Positions 19,001-27,704 of a stretch of DNA of 59,687 nt are shown here, piece by piece; the stretch's first letter is position 1; the number at the start of each line of letters is the position of its first letter. Source of the stretch: Acidimicrobiales bacterium (GTDB lineage Bacteria > Actinomycetota > Actinomycetes > Mycobacteriales > QHCE01); contig QHCE01000002.1 in NCBI GenBank assembly GCA_003243955.1, positions 1 through 59,687 on the forward strand, read 5' to 3'. Position numbers and translations under genes: made by a program. The notes below the pieces were generated by a model, which worked only from the letters and a program-made list of their open reading frames with translations, had not been told where the DNA came from and ran no database searches.

Positions 19001-20473
19001 ATGAGCGCGACGGCCAACTGGTATCCAAATCCTGAAAATCCAACTCAGTGGCGCTACTGGAATGGATTCGCATGGACCCAGCACCGGGCTCCACGGGTGC
19101 CTCCCTTGGTTCCCGCAGCCATTCCAGCTCCTGCCGTAGCTCCAGTCACCGTGGTGACTCCGGCCGACTCGCAGCATGTGGCCGATAGATCCCACGATCA
19201 GCCGGAAGCATCCACGTCCGTCCCGGTGACGGCGGCGCCTAAAGTTCCGCTCTTCGGTGCCCGTGCCCTCGCCAAGGAATCGGTCGCCGAGATCGCAAAA
19301 CTTCGCGACGACATGAATCGGCTGGGCATGCTCGACATCATCGAACTTGAGCAGGAAAAGAAGAGGCTCACAGCCGCGGTCGAAGAGCAGCGTGTGACCT
19401 TGGATCAAGAAGCTGTCGAGCTCGGTAAACGTCTGGGTGAGCTCCGCAAACAGGTCCTTGTCACCGAAGAGACCGCCGTCCTCCAGGAAGCCGGTATCTA
19501 CGAGTACCGGCACCCCTTGAGCGATTCGATCGCCTATCGAGTAGAGCTTGCGAAGCTACAGGACAAGATCAAAACAATGGCACGCAAGAATGGCGGTGCC
19601 ATTCAGACGGCACAGGACTGGACCGTCAACGGATCTCAGGTCCAGGGCCGCAAAATGCTCAACGACTTTTCCAAGCTCATGCTGCGGGCATACAACGCCG
19701 AAGCGGACAACCTGGTGCGTGGACTGAAACCTTACAAACTCCAATCCGCCGAAGAACGGCTCGACAAGGTCGCCACCACCATTGCCAAGTTGGGCACCAC
19801 CATGAGCATTGGTATCTCGCTTCCCTATCACCAATTACGCCTATGGGAACTCGCTCTGACCGCGGACTTCCAGGAAAAACTGGCAGAGGAAAAGGATCGG
19901 GAACGCGAGGAGCGGGCGCGGCTGCGCGAGGAACGCAAAGTTCAGCAAGAGATCGAGCGAGAATGCGAGCGGCTAGAAAAGGAGCGGCAGCACTACGTCA
20001 ACGCGCTGCGCGGCTTGACCGACGAACAGGCGAGGAAGCGTCTGGAGGATGGACTCAGAAAGGTCGAGAAATCTATCGATGACGTGGACTATCGGGCGGC
20101 GAACATCCGCGCCGGCTACGTCTACGTGATCTCCAATGTCGGCGCATTCGGCGATCGCATGATCAAGGTCGGCATGACCCGCCGTCTCGAACCCATGGAA
20201 CGTGTCCGGGAACTTGGCGACGCATCCGTGCCGTTTAAGTTTGACGTGCACGCTTTGTTTTTCTCCGCCGACGCGGTCGGCATCGAAACCGAGATGCACA
20301 AGCGTCTCGCCGATCGCAGAGTGAACCGCGTCAATCTCCGACGGGAGTTCTTCCATGCCACCCCAGGTGAGGCCCGCAGCCACCTCAGTCAGCTGGCCGG
20401 GGAGCTCCTGACCTTCGAGGAGCAGCCCGAGGCCATCGAGTACCACCAGAGCATGAACGCTTCTCTAGCCTGA
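19001..20473 (+). CDS. DUF2510-DUF4041-T5orf172 (GIY-YIG) nuclease; PD-lambda-1/SNIPE-like anti-phage protein
   Basis: N-term WYPNP...RYWNG..WT; KLMLRAYNAEAD; coiled coil; RAGYVYVISNVGAFG..IKVGMTRRLEPMERVRELGDASVPF. Confidence 0.88.
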   Translation: MSATANWYPNPENPTQWRYWNGFAWTQHRAPRVPPLVPAAIPAPAVAPVTVVTPADSQHVADRSHDQPEASTSVPVTAAPKVPLFGARALAKESVAEIAKLRDDMNRLGMLDIIELEQEKKRLTAAVEEQRVTLDQEAVELGKRLGELRKQVLVTEETAVLQEAGIYEYRHPLSDSIAYRVELAKLQDKIKTMARKNGGAIQTAQDWTVNGSQVQGRKMLNDFSKLMLRAYNAEADNLVRGLKPYKLQSAEERLDKVATTIAKLGTTMSIGISLPYHQLRLWELALTADFQEKLAEEKDREREERARLREERKVQQEIERECERLEKERQHYVNALRGLTDEQARKRLEDGLRKVEKSIDDVDYRAANIRAGYVYVISNVGAFGDRMIKVGMTRRLEPMERVRELGDASVPFKFDVHALFFSADAVGIETEMHKRLADRRVNRVNLRREFFHATPGEARSHLSQLAGELLTFEEQPEAIEYHQSMNASLA

Positions 20474-20474
20474 G

Positions 20475-20548
20475 CGGAGTCCATCGGCGTGCGGTTCAAG
20501 CGACGCTGCGCCGTAGTGCCTCGTAGGCGTAGCGGCTGAGGTTAGCTC
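20475..20548 (+). repeat. Direct repeat copy 1 (duplicate of the hsdR 3' end and downstream bases)
   Basis: 55-bp exact core (20482-20536) identical to 22192-22246; matching flanks with a 1-bp and a 7-bp indel. Confidence 0.95.
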
Positions 20549-20597
20549 CACCCGAGAAAACTTGGGCTCCATGGAAGTTACATGTAGTGTAGTTTTC

Positions 20598-21188
20598 GTG
20601 CAGCCTCGAGGGTTAGATCTTCTTTACGATGTCGCCGAGCCACAGGGGGGGTACTTCACTACACGCTTGGCGGCCACAACCGGAGTCTCCACCCGACTTC
20701 TCACCCATTACGCCGCTGCTGGAGACATCAAGCGAGTTGCGCACGGAGTGTATCGGCTAGAGCGGTTTCCAGCGCATCGTTTCGGTGACATGATCGCCGC
20801 GACCCTGTGGGCCGGTCCGGGTAGCGCGATCAGTCACGACAGCGCATTGACGGTATATGAACTCGCCGGGGCGATGCCGGCGGTCATTCACATCACCGTG
20901 CCTCATCGGTTCCGAGGCAGACGCCCTGGAACCGTCATCCACCAGCAAGCCCTCACACCACGCGAGGTCACCGTATGGGACGACGTACCGGTTACTGTCA
21001 TCGAGCGGACCATCGTCGACGTTGCCACCGGCATTGACCCCTCACTTGCCGCCGAAGCCGTGCAGCAGGCTCAGCAGCAAGGCCTGACCACCCGTGAGCG
21101 GCTCATCGCCTACGCTGACGCGCACCCGGACCACGCCGCGTTGCGCCGCATGCTCGAGCTTGACAAGGCTCGACTCAGGGCGGTGTAA
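20598..21188 (+). CDS. abiEi: Type IV TA antitoxin, AbiEi family
   Basis: AEPQGGYFT, RVAHGVYRL, ISHDSAL, IHITVP, VTVIERTIVD; probably leaderless GTG after TAGTGT. Confidence 0.9.
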   Translation: MQPRGLDLLYDVAEPQGGYFTTRLAATTGVSTRLLTHYAAAGDIKRVAHGVYRLERFPAHRFGDMIAATLWAGPGSAISHDSALTVYELAGAMPAVIHITVPHRFRGRRPGTVIHQQALTPREVTVWDDVPVTVIERTIVDVATGIDPSLAAEAVQQAQQQGLTTRERLIAYADAHPDHAALRRMLELDKARLRAV

Positions 21189-21190
21189 AT

Positions 21191-22108
21191 ATGACAAGTC
21201 GATATCTGAAGCCGCAGGCACTGCGCAAAGCGCTAGAAGATCGTCTCAAGACCTACAGCCGCGAATCTGGCCTGCCCTTGGATCGGCTCCGCAAAGAGGC
21301 CGCCTTCCAACGTCTGCTCGCCCGAATCGCCGCAGTCGCCCCAACTGGCAGCTGGGCTCTCAAAGGCGGCCAAGCTATGATCGCCCGCAGCGGCAACCAT
21401 GCCCGAGCTACAGCTGATGCCGACGCAACCTGGCGAGCCGCAACCGTCCAGCTCCAGGCAACCCTGGCTGCCGCCGCAGCGCTCAACCTCGATGACCATT
21501 TTCAGTTCCTCATCGCCCCACCAACCAGTATGCGCGGCGAAGGGCCTGACGGCGCCGTCCGATTCGGCGTCCAAGCCCGCCTCGCCGGTCGGCTGTTCGA
21601 ACCGCTGCGCCTTGACATCAACCTGGCCCCGGACGACCCCAGACCCATCGAGCAGTTGTCGTTGCGCAACTTCTTCGACTTTCTTGAACTGCCCACTGTC
21701 GTCGTCCCGGCAATCAGCCCTGGGCAGCAACTCGCTGAAAAACTCCACGCCTACACCCGCGACTACGGCCTACACGAAAACACGAGAGCTAAAGATCTCT
21801 ACGACATGCTTCTCATAGCCGCCGATTTGACGATTCCCACTCTCGGTGACCTCGTCGACGCCTGTGCAACGACTTTTGCACTCCGCGAGACCCCATGGCC
21901 TCCGCAACGTCTCAACCCACCACCGCTTACCTGGATCGGACCGTGGGCCGGCTTCGTCCGTGACTACGGCACCAGATTCTTGACCCTCGACAGTGCATAT
22001 CAAGCACTCACCGCGTTCTGGCGGCCAGCACTCAGCTTCACAGAACCCGCCGACAGCAGCTGGGATAGCACTACTTGGACCTGGTCCTCTTCCGGCCATG
22101 TCGGCTGA
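21191..22108 (+). CDS. abiEii: Type IV TA toxin, AbiEii nucleotidyltransferase
   Basis: FQRLLAR, WALKGG, RATADAD, QLAEKLHAY, TRAKDLYD. Confidence 0.92.
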   Translation: MTSRYLKPQALRKALEDRLKTYSRESGLPLDRLRKEAAFQRLLARIAAVAPTGSWALKGGQAMIARSGNHARATADADATWRAATVQLQATLAAAAALNLDDHFQFLIAPPTSMRGEGPDGAVRFGVQARLAGRLFEPLRLDINLAPDDPRPIEQLSLRNFFDFLELPTVVVPAISPGQQLAEKLHAYTRDYGLHENTRAKDLYDMLLIAADLTIPTLGDLVDACATTFALRETPWPPQRLNPPPLTWIGPWAGFVRDYGTRFLTLDSAYQALTAFWRPALSFTEPADSSWDSTTWTWSSSGHVG

Positions 22109-22185
22109 ACTTCCACCGGGCGAGGTTAAGAGAACTGCAGATGCCGTACTGCAAGCGCAAGGGAACCACCACCTGGCACTGGCGC

Positions 22186-22265
22186 CGGAGTCATCGGCGT
22201 GCGGTTCAAGCGACGCTGCGCCGTAGTGCCTCGTAGGCGTAGCGGCGGGCGGCTGAGGTTAGCTC
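22186..22265 (+). repeat. Direct repeat copy 2 (the true hsdR 3' end)
   Basis: Matches 20475-20548; encodes ELTSAARRYAYEALRRSVA* on the minus strand. Confidence 0.95.
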
Positions 22266-25200
22266 AGATTTGAAGACGTCGTCGTCGCTGAACCGCTGCA
22301 GGACTACGGTGTTGTCCTCAATTCGTGCGATCAGTTTGTCCTCGAACACGCCGTCGAAGACGTGCCCGAAGTCCTCCTCGTTGTTGGCAAACGCCGCCGC
22401 TTTCACCTTTGGAGCAGTCATTGCGTCGCGTGCGGAATTTACGACCAGGTCGCCGTCGCCGAGGTTGACGCCGAACTTCTCGTTGAGCCCTTCGATCAGC
22501 TCCGACAGGGGCACCTGGCCTGGCTCGGTGCGGCTACCAGCGCCGTCACCGGTGAATCCGGGCAGCAGCTGCTCGCCCTGCGGCGTGAGACGCACGTCGT
22601 GCTCGCCGGTGCGGGTGATGCGCAGGTGGGTGAGGTCGACCTGCCCGAGGTCGACGCCGGGGTCTTCACGCCGCGGCAGTCGATTGAGTAGGTGGCGCCC
22701 GTAGAGGTAGAGCCGTTCCAGCTCGGGATCGACGTAGGGAACGACCTGAGACAAGAAGCCATACATGCGGGTGTAGTCCCGCAGCGCGGAGCGGAACTCC
22801 TCTGCCGCGTCCGAATCGTCGTCCATCAGCGCCGCGAAGCGGTCCCGAGCCGGATCGGTGAAGCGGTAAAGATCAGCGTGGGCGCGCTGCCACTGCGCAT
22901 CAGTGATCGCGCTCTGCTCAGCATGCAGGTAGGCGGCTACGAAAGCGTCCATCTCGGAATCGATGAGCAGCGCCGAGTCCATCACCGCCCGCTGTGCGGC
23001 GTAGAGCAGGTTGGGGTCGGTCGGAGCAGCGATCGCACTCTCGTAGAACGGTGCGAACGCGTCCTTGATCTCCTCGGCCTCATTGGCGAAGTCGATCACG
23101 AACAGGTCTTCCTGGCTTTTGCGCGGATGGGTCCGGTTGAGTCGTGAGAGAGTCTGCACGGCGGCAACACCCTCCAGCTTCTTGTCCACGTACATCGTGG
23201 TGAGCAGCGGCTGATCGAACCCGGTCTGATATTTGTCAGCTACCACGAGAATTCGATACTCAGGCTGTGGGTTCGCCGCGGCGGATGGATCGTCGGCTTT
23301 GGTGTAACCGAACTTCTGGGGTAGCGCGGATTCGCTGAAGCCGTTGATGCCCGGCTCGGTGACCTTGTCTTCGGGGTTCCTATCGACTTCCAGCTCGCCG
23401 GAGAACGCCACCAGCACGCCGCAGTCGTGGTAGCCGCGGACCTGCGCGTATGCCTTGATCTTGCGGTACAGCTTCACGGCGTGCTCGCGAGAGCGGGTAA
23501 CGACCAGCGCCTTCGCGCGACCGTCGAGTTTGGCCGCAACTTTGTCATGGAAGTGTTCAACGATGATCTCGGCCCGTTGTTCAAGGCTAGCTGGGCTGAG
23601 CACCGCGAACCGCGCGAGCTGCGCGCTGGCCTTGCGTTCGTCGACTTCCCGGTCATCGGGGTTCCCATTGGCAAGCTTCCAGTACGTCTTGTAGGTGACA
23701 TAGTTGCGCAGCACGTCGAGGATGAAGCCCTCATCGATGGCTTGGCGCATCGAGTAGATGTGGAATGCCTGAAGGTTTCCGGTAACCGGATGGGGTGTAC
23801 CGAACAGCTCCAGCGTTTTCGCTTTCGGTGTTGCGGTGAACGCGAAGTACGACAGCGTGTCGTGCTTGCCTCTGGCGAGCGCGGAGGCGGTGAGCAGGTC
23901 GTCGTTGTCAGTAATGTCGTCGGTGCCGAGCTTGAGCAGTACTTTTTTCAGCGCCGCCGACGATTCGCCGGATTGCGAGGAGTGCGCCTCGTCCACGATG
24001 AGCGCGAACTTTTTACCGCGCAGGTCGGTTACTTTGTCCAGGACGTGCGGAAAGGTCTGTAGCGTGACGATGAGAATCTTGGTGGTTTCTCCGGACAGCG
24101 CCTCGGCGACTTGATCGGACTTCGATCCCTCCGACTTCTCGCTGATCTTGCGCACAACACCGGAGCGATGCTCGAACTGGTAGATGGTGTCTTGTAGCTG
24201 CCGGTCCAGCACGGACCGGTCGGTGATCACGATGACCTTGTTGAATACCGGCTCGTTCTCCGCGCTATGCAGGTTGGACAACCGGTGCGCGAGCCACGCA
24301 ATGGTGTTGGACTTGCCGGAGCCCGCCGAGTGCTGGATGAGGTAGTTGTGTCCGGAGCCATGGTGTGCCGCGTGCTCGGTGAGCGCGCAGACAGCGTGCC
24401 ACTGGTGGAAACGCGGGAAGATCGTCGGCCGTTCGTGCACGTTTTTCCTGCCGCCCGCTCTGCCACTGGAGCTGGCATCGGGGACCTTCTCCACGTGCAG
24501 GAACCGCCGGGTCAGGTCGAGCCACGCTTCGGGCTGCCACACTTGCTCCCACAGGTAGGAGGTGCGATAGCCGTCGTCGTGGGCGGCCGGGTTTCCGGCG
24601 CCACCGTCGATGCCGGGGCCGCTGGATCCGGTGTTGAACGGAAGAAAGCGCGTCTTCTCGCCGGCGAGCCGGGTGGTGATGAACACGAGCTCCGGATCGA
24701 CCGCGAAGTGCACCAGTGTTCGGCGCGCGAACAGTAGCTCGCGTGGGTCACGATCACGGCGGTACTGGGCTTTGGCATGCTCGACGGTCTGGTCGGTGAG
24801 CGGGTTTTTCAGTTCGGCGGTGGCCACGGGGATGCCGTTGATGAAGAGCGCGAGGTCGAGGGATTTATCCGGGGCTTTGGTCGAATACCGCAGCTGACGG
24901 GTGACCGATAGTCGATTGTGGCGGTACTGCACCAGCGCGTCGTCGGCAAGTGTGTGCGCGGGGCTAAAGTAGACCAGCCGGATCAACACGCCCCGATCTT
25001 TTACTCCGTGCCGCAGCACATCGAGTACGCCACGGGCGTCGATCTCCCGCGCGAGGTGCTGTTGGAACCTTCGCTGAGTGGCGGCCTGATCACCGCCGTC
25101 GAAGTGCACCAGCTGCTTCCATTGCTCAATTTGGGTGGCACCGATGAACGTGAACAGCTGATCGGTGTCGAGCCCAAGTTTCCGGTCGTATCCGTCGGGC

Positions 25201-25277
25201 AACCCCTGGTGCCAGCCCGAGCCGAGCAACACCCGCTCGATCGCGTCTTCGAACGCGATCTCTTTGTGCACGCTCAC
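22206..25277 (-). CDS. hsdR: Type I restriction endonuclease subunit R
   Basis: DLALFINGIPVATAELKN nuclease motif, HSAGSGKS, DEAH, FTATPK, QTGFDQP, QTLSRLNR. Confidence 0.96.
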   Translation of the reverse strand: MSVHKEIAFEDAIERVLLGSGWHQGLPDGYDRKLGLDTDQLFTFIGATQIEQWKQLVHFDGGDQAATQRRFQQHLAREIDARGVLDVLRHGVKDRGVLIRLVYFSPAHTLADDALVQYRHNRLSVTRQLRYSTKAPDKSLDLALFINGIPVATAELKNPLTDQTVEHAKAQYRRDRDPRELLFARRTLVHFAVDPELVFITTRLAGEKTRFLPFNTGSSGPGIDGGAGNPAAHDDGYRTSYLWEQVWQPEAWLDLTRRFLHVEKVPDASSSGRAGGRKNVHERPTIFPRFHQWHAVCALTEHAAHHGSGHNYLIQHSAGSGKSNTIAWLAHRLSNLHSAENEPVFNKVIVITDRSVLDRQLQDTIYQFEHRSGVVRKISEKSEGSKSDQVAEALSGETTKILIVTLQTFPHVLDKVTDLRGKKFALIVDEAHSSQSGESSAALKKVLLKLGTDDITDNDDLLTASALARGKHDTLSYFAFTATPKAKTLELFGTPHPVTGNLQAFHIYSMRQAIDEGFILDVLRNYVTYKTYWKLANGNPDDREVDERKASAQLARFAVLSPASLEQRAEIIVEHFHDKVAAKLDGRAKALVVTRSREHAVKLYRKIKAYAQVRGYHDCGVLVAFSGELEVDRNPEDKVTEPGINGFSESALPQKFGYTKADDPSAAANPQPEYRILVVADKYQTGFDQPLLTTMYVDKKLEGVAAVQTLSRLNRTHPRKSQEDLFVIDFANEAEEIKDAFAPFYESAIAAPTDPNLLYAAQRAVMDSALLIDSEMDAFVAAYLHAEQSAITDAQWQRAHADLYRFTDPARDRFAALMDDDSDAAEEFRSALRDYTRMYGFLSQVVPYVDPELERLYLYGRHLLNRLPRREDPGVDLGQVDLTHLRITRTGEHDVRLTPQGEQLLPGFTGDGAGSRTEPGQVPLSELIEGLNEKFGVNLGDGDLVVNSARDAMTAPKVKAAAFANNEEDFGHVFDGVFEDKLIARIEDNTVVLQRFSDDDVFKSELTSAARRYAYEALRRSVA

Positions 25278-25343
25278 GGCGTAAGCCCCCCTGTGTCGTC
25301 GGCGTGGCAGCTCTTGGCGAAACCAGGACAGCCATTCCCCGGC

Positions 25344-25847
25344 CTACCCAGTGCGATCAGCACCCCGGTCTCCGACAGTACGCGGCTCCCGACGGTATCG
25401 GGAAACCTGACGGTCGAGTGCTCGGTACACGGCATCACGATCTAGGTCGCGTTGGTCAAGGAGGAAGGAGTCTTGATCGGTCACCTCAATGTCATAGGGC
25501 GCCGTTGAGCTAGACGGAAAGTCGCGGATGTTCTGGGTAACGATCACGTCGGCTCGGCCTCGAACGGCGGCCGCGAGGACGTGTCGGTCCTTTAGATCGT
25601 TAGTCATAGCACTTGTGAGCGATCTGTACCCTGTGACAATGGCGCCAGGGAAATGCTTGGCCATCTGCCCAATGCGGTAATCGACCCCGGTCTCCGTTAC
25701 ACGATGCTCTAGCAGGTTTCGGCGCAGCTCATCGAGGATGTCCTGTGACCACAGCGGCTGGAATAGGCCCTCTTCCGCAACGGTCAGCAGCGTGTCACAA
25801 AGCAGAGGTTTGAACAGCACACATGTATCGAGGAGCGCTCGAAACAT
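25344..25847 (-). CDS. PIN-domain toxin; C-terminus apparently frameshifted (ancestral stop probably 25274)
   Basis: ALLDTCVL, WSQDILDEL, DLKDRHVLAAA..ADVIVTQNIRDFP; alternative frame continues LIALGRPGNGCPGFA... to a TGA overlapping the hsdR GTG. Confidence 0.85.
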   Translation of the reverse strand: MFRALLDTCVLFKPLLCDTLLTVAEEGLFQPLWSQDILDELRRNLLEHRVTETGVDYRIGQMAKHFPGAIVTGYRSLTSAMTNDLKDRHVLAAAVRGRADVIVTQNIRDFPSSSTAPYDIEVTDQDSFLLDQRDLDRDAVYRALDRQVSRYRREPRTVGDRGADRTG

Positions 25848-26335
25848 CAGCCTGCGGCTTCCGAATGGTCCGGCAGCCGCTTGGTTACCGCGTCTTCGGA
25901 GAGGTCGTAAAGCCCGGCTTCTTCGGATGCTCGCACCATCTCGTCGAGGCCAGCCGCGCGGGCGCGATGAGCTCGTGCTTGGTAGGCGAGCAGATCGCGT
26001 AGTCGGACCCGACGATGCCGGCCGGGTTTGTCGAAGGGAATCTCGCCGGCCTCCAGCAACCGGACCAGGGTGGGGCGAGAGATCCCTAATAGGTCGGCGG
26101 CCTGGCTCGTGGTCAACACGGTGTGCCGGGGGGCGACAGTTATCGCCAACCCCTGCGAGAGCACGGCGGCGACATCCTTCAGAACCTCGTACAGTTCCTC
26201 TGGAAGCTCGATATGTGTGCCGTCGGCAGCCACGAGTGCCGGGCGACCCGGCACCGTCAGTGCCGCCAACAGATTGGCCATCCGCCGCCCCGACTCGGCG
26301 GGCATAACGGTTCGCTCAGTCAGGGTTGCGTCCAT
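25847..26335 (-). CDS. Excisionase-type HTH DNA-binding protein (antitoxin partner of the PIN)
   Basis: LTTSQAADLLGISRPTLVRLLEAGEIPF..GRHRRV; TGATG coupling to the PIN; AAAACGAA direct repeats upstream. Confidence 0.9.
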   Translation of the reverse strand: MDATLTERTVMPAESGRRMANLLAALTVPGRPALVAADGTHIELPEELYEVLKDVAAVLSQGLAITVAPRHTVLTTSQAADLLGISRPTLVRLLEAGEIPFDKPGRHRRVRLRDLLAYQARAHRARAAGLDEMVRASEEAGLYDLSEDAVTKRLPDHSEAAG

Positions 26336-26438
26336 GTATCAACAGTACGATTAAAACGAACAAAACGAAAGAGATTTATCGGAATCCGTCCGCGAGCGCA
26401 TTGGAGCACCGGGACCATCTGGAACGTAGGAACCGCTA

Positions 26439-27704
26439 CTAGACCTCGATTCCCTGCGCCGTCGTGACATCAATCTGCCCAGTGACAGCTGCCGTGATCA
26501 GCGCTTGGCGGCGCTCGGCGAGGAGCTCTGCACTTTTCGAGAGACGTTCGCGCGTCTCTCGAGTCCAGTCACACCACTTTTGGATATGACCGACAAATTT
26601 TTCCTGTTCCGCCAGAGAGACGTGTGGAATTCGAATCTCGCGTATGTCTTCAGCCCTGAGTTTTATCGTTTGACCTGACTGTCCCCGTAAGAGGAGGTCA
26701 ATTTGACCTCGAACCGACTGGCTAGCCAAGAAAAACCTCACTGCTTCAGCCCGCCACCCTTCTGAGAGTGTCAGCCGATAAAGAAGGTCGCTAAGTAGTA
26801 AGCGTCGCCCATTCGTCTTAGCAGTAGCTGCCACACCGACATTGGACGAAGAACCACTTCCGCGCGTCATCAATAAGTCTCCGTCATTAATTCGATAGCG
26901 TAGATCTGGATTTTGCCCGACCGGCAACCGTTTATGCTCACGAGGCTTAAAGATCCCTGCGCTTACCGAACTTGTCTTTAGAACTCCCCACTCATCAGAG
27001 TCTGCTTCCTCGTCGTAGCATTGTGGACTCCACCCCTGTTCAAGGCGTACGACTACGTGACGAAGGGGGATTTCATCTGTCCGTCTCGCAAGCAGGGATA
27101 CTTCACTCGCTAGTGTGATCGAGAACCGCTCAACTATCAGCGCTTCCTGACGCATTCTGCGGACGTGTACTTGACTCATTCGTCCCGTCTCGGCGTCGAG
27201 GAAGTCGGCGATGCGCCGCTGCTCGTCGAGTGGCGGCAGAAGTGCTGGGATTTTTCGAAACTCTTCGAACGGTAAGTCCCATTGGTTTGGGCGAATCCCC
27301 TTGGATACTGCCCGATACATGTGAATGTAAGGACGTGACCGCAGCAAATAGTGCGCAAAGCGTGGGTACAGTTCGTTGGTTAAACTGCAGACGAAGTAAG
27401 CAGGGCTGACAATTCCTTCAGCCTCAGAGACAGCAAGTGATCCTTGCCACGTCTTCATCTTGTTAAGAACAAGATCTCCTGGACGGACATACCTATAGGT
27501 GCTCAGATCTTCACTCGGCTTGTTGAAGTTGTCGTTGCGGCTTCCTTTAGGTACGACCCCGTAATCTCGGTAGACCGAGAGCAGTTCAGACTCTGGGCGG
27601 TTAGTTATGTCTCGTCGCCTGAGTAAAGTCCATAAGGGGCGTCTGCCCCAGTGAGATGGGGCAGCTTCGAGTGGTCTTGCATCAATCGAATATGCCGCAC
27701 TCAC
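26439..27704 (-). CDS. hsdS: Type I R-M specificity subunit S
   Basis: Two TRDs, central LPPLDEQRRIADFLD, C-terminal ALITAAVTGQIDV. Confidence 0.95.
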   Translation of the reverse strand: MSAAYSIDARPLEAAPSHWGRRPLWTLLRRRDITNRPESELLSVYRDYGVVPKGSRNDNFNKPSEDLSTYRYVRPGDLVLNKMKTWQGSLAVSEAEGIVSPAYFVCSLTNELYPRFAHYLLRSRPYIHMYRAVSKGIRPNQWDLPFEEFRKIPALLPPLDEQRRIADFLDAETGRMSQVHVRRMRQEALIVERFSITLASEVSLLARRTDEIPLRHVVVRLEQGWSPQCYDEEADSDEWGVLKTSSVSAGIFKPREHKRLPVGQNPDLRYRINDGDLLMTRGSGSSSNVGVAATAKTNGRRLLLSDLLYRLTLSEGWRAEAVRFFLASQSVRGQIDLLLRGQSGQTIKLRAEDIREIRIPHVSLAEQEKFVGHIQKWCDWTRETRERLSKSAELLAERRQALITAAVTGQIDVTTAQGIEV

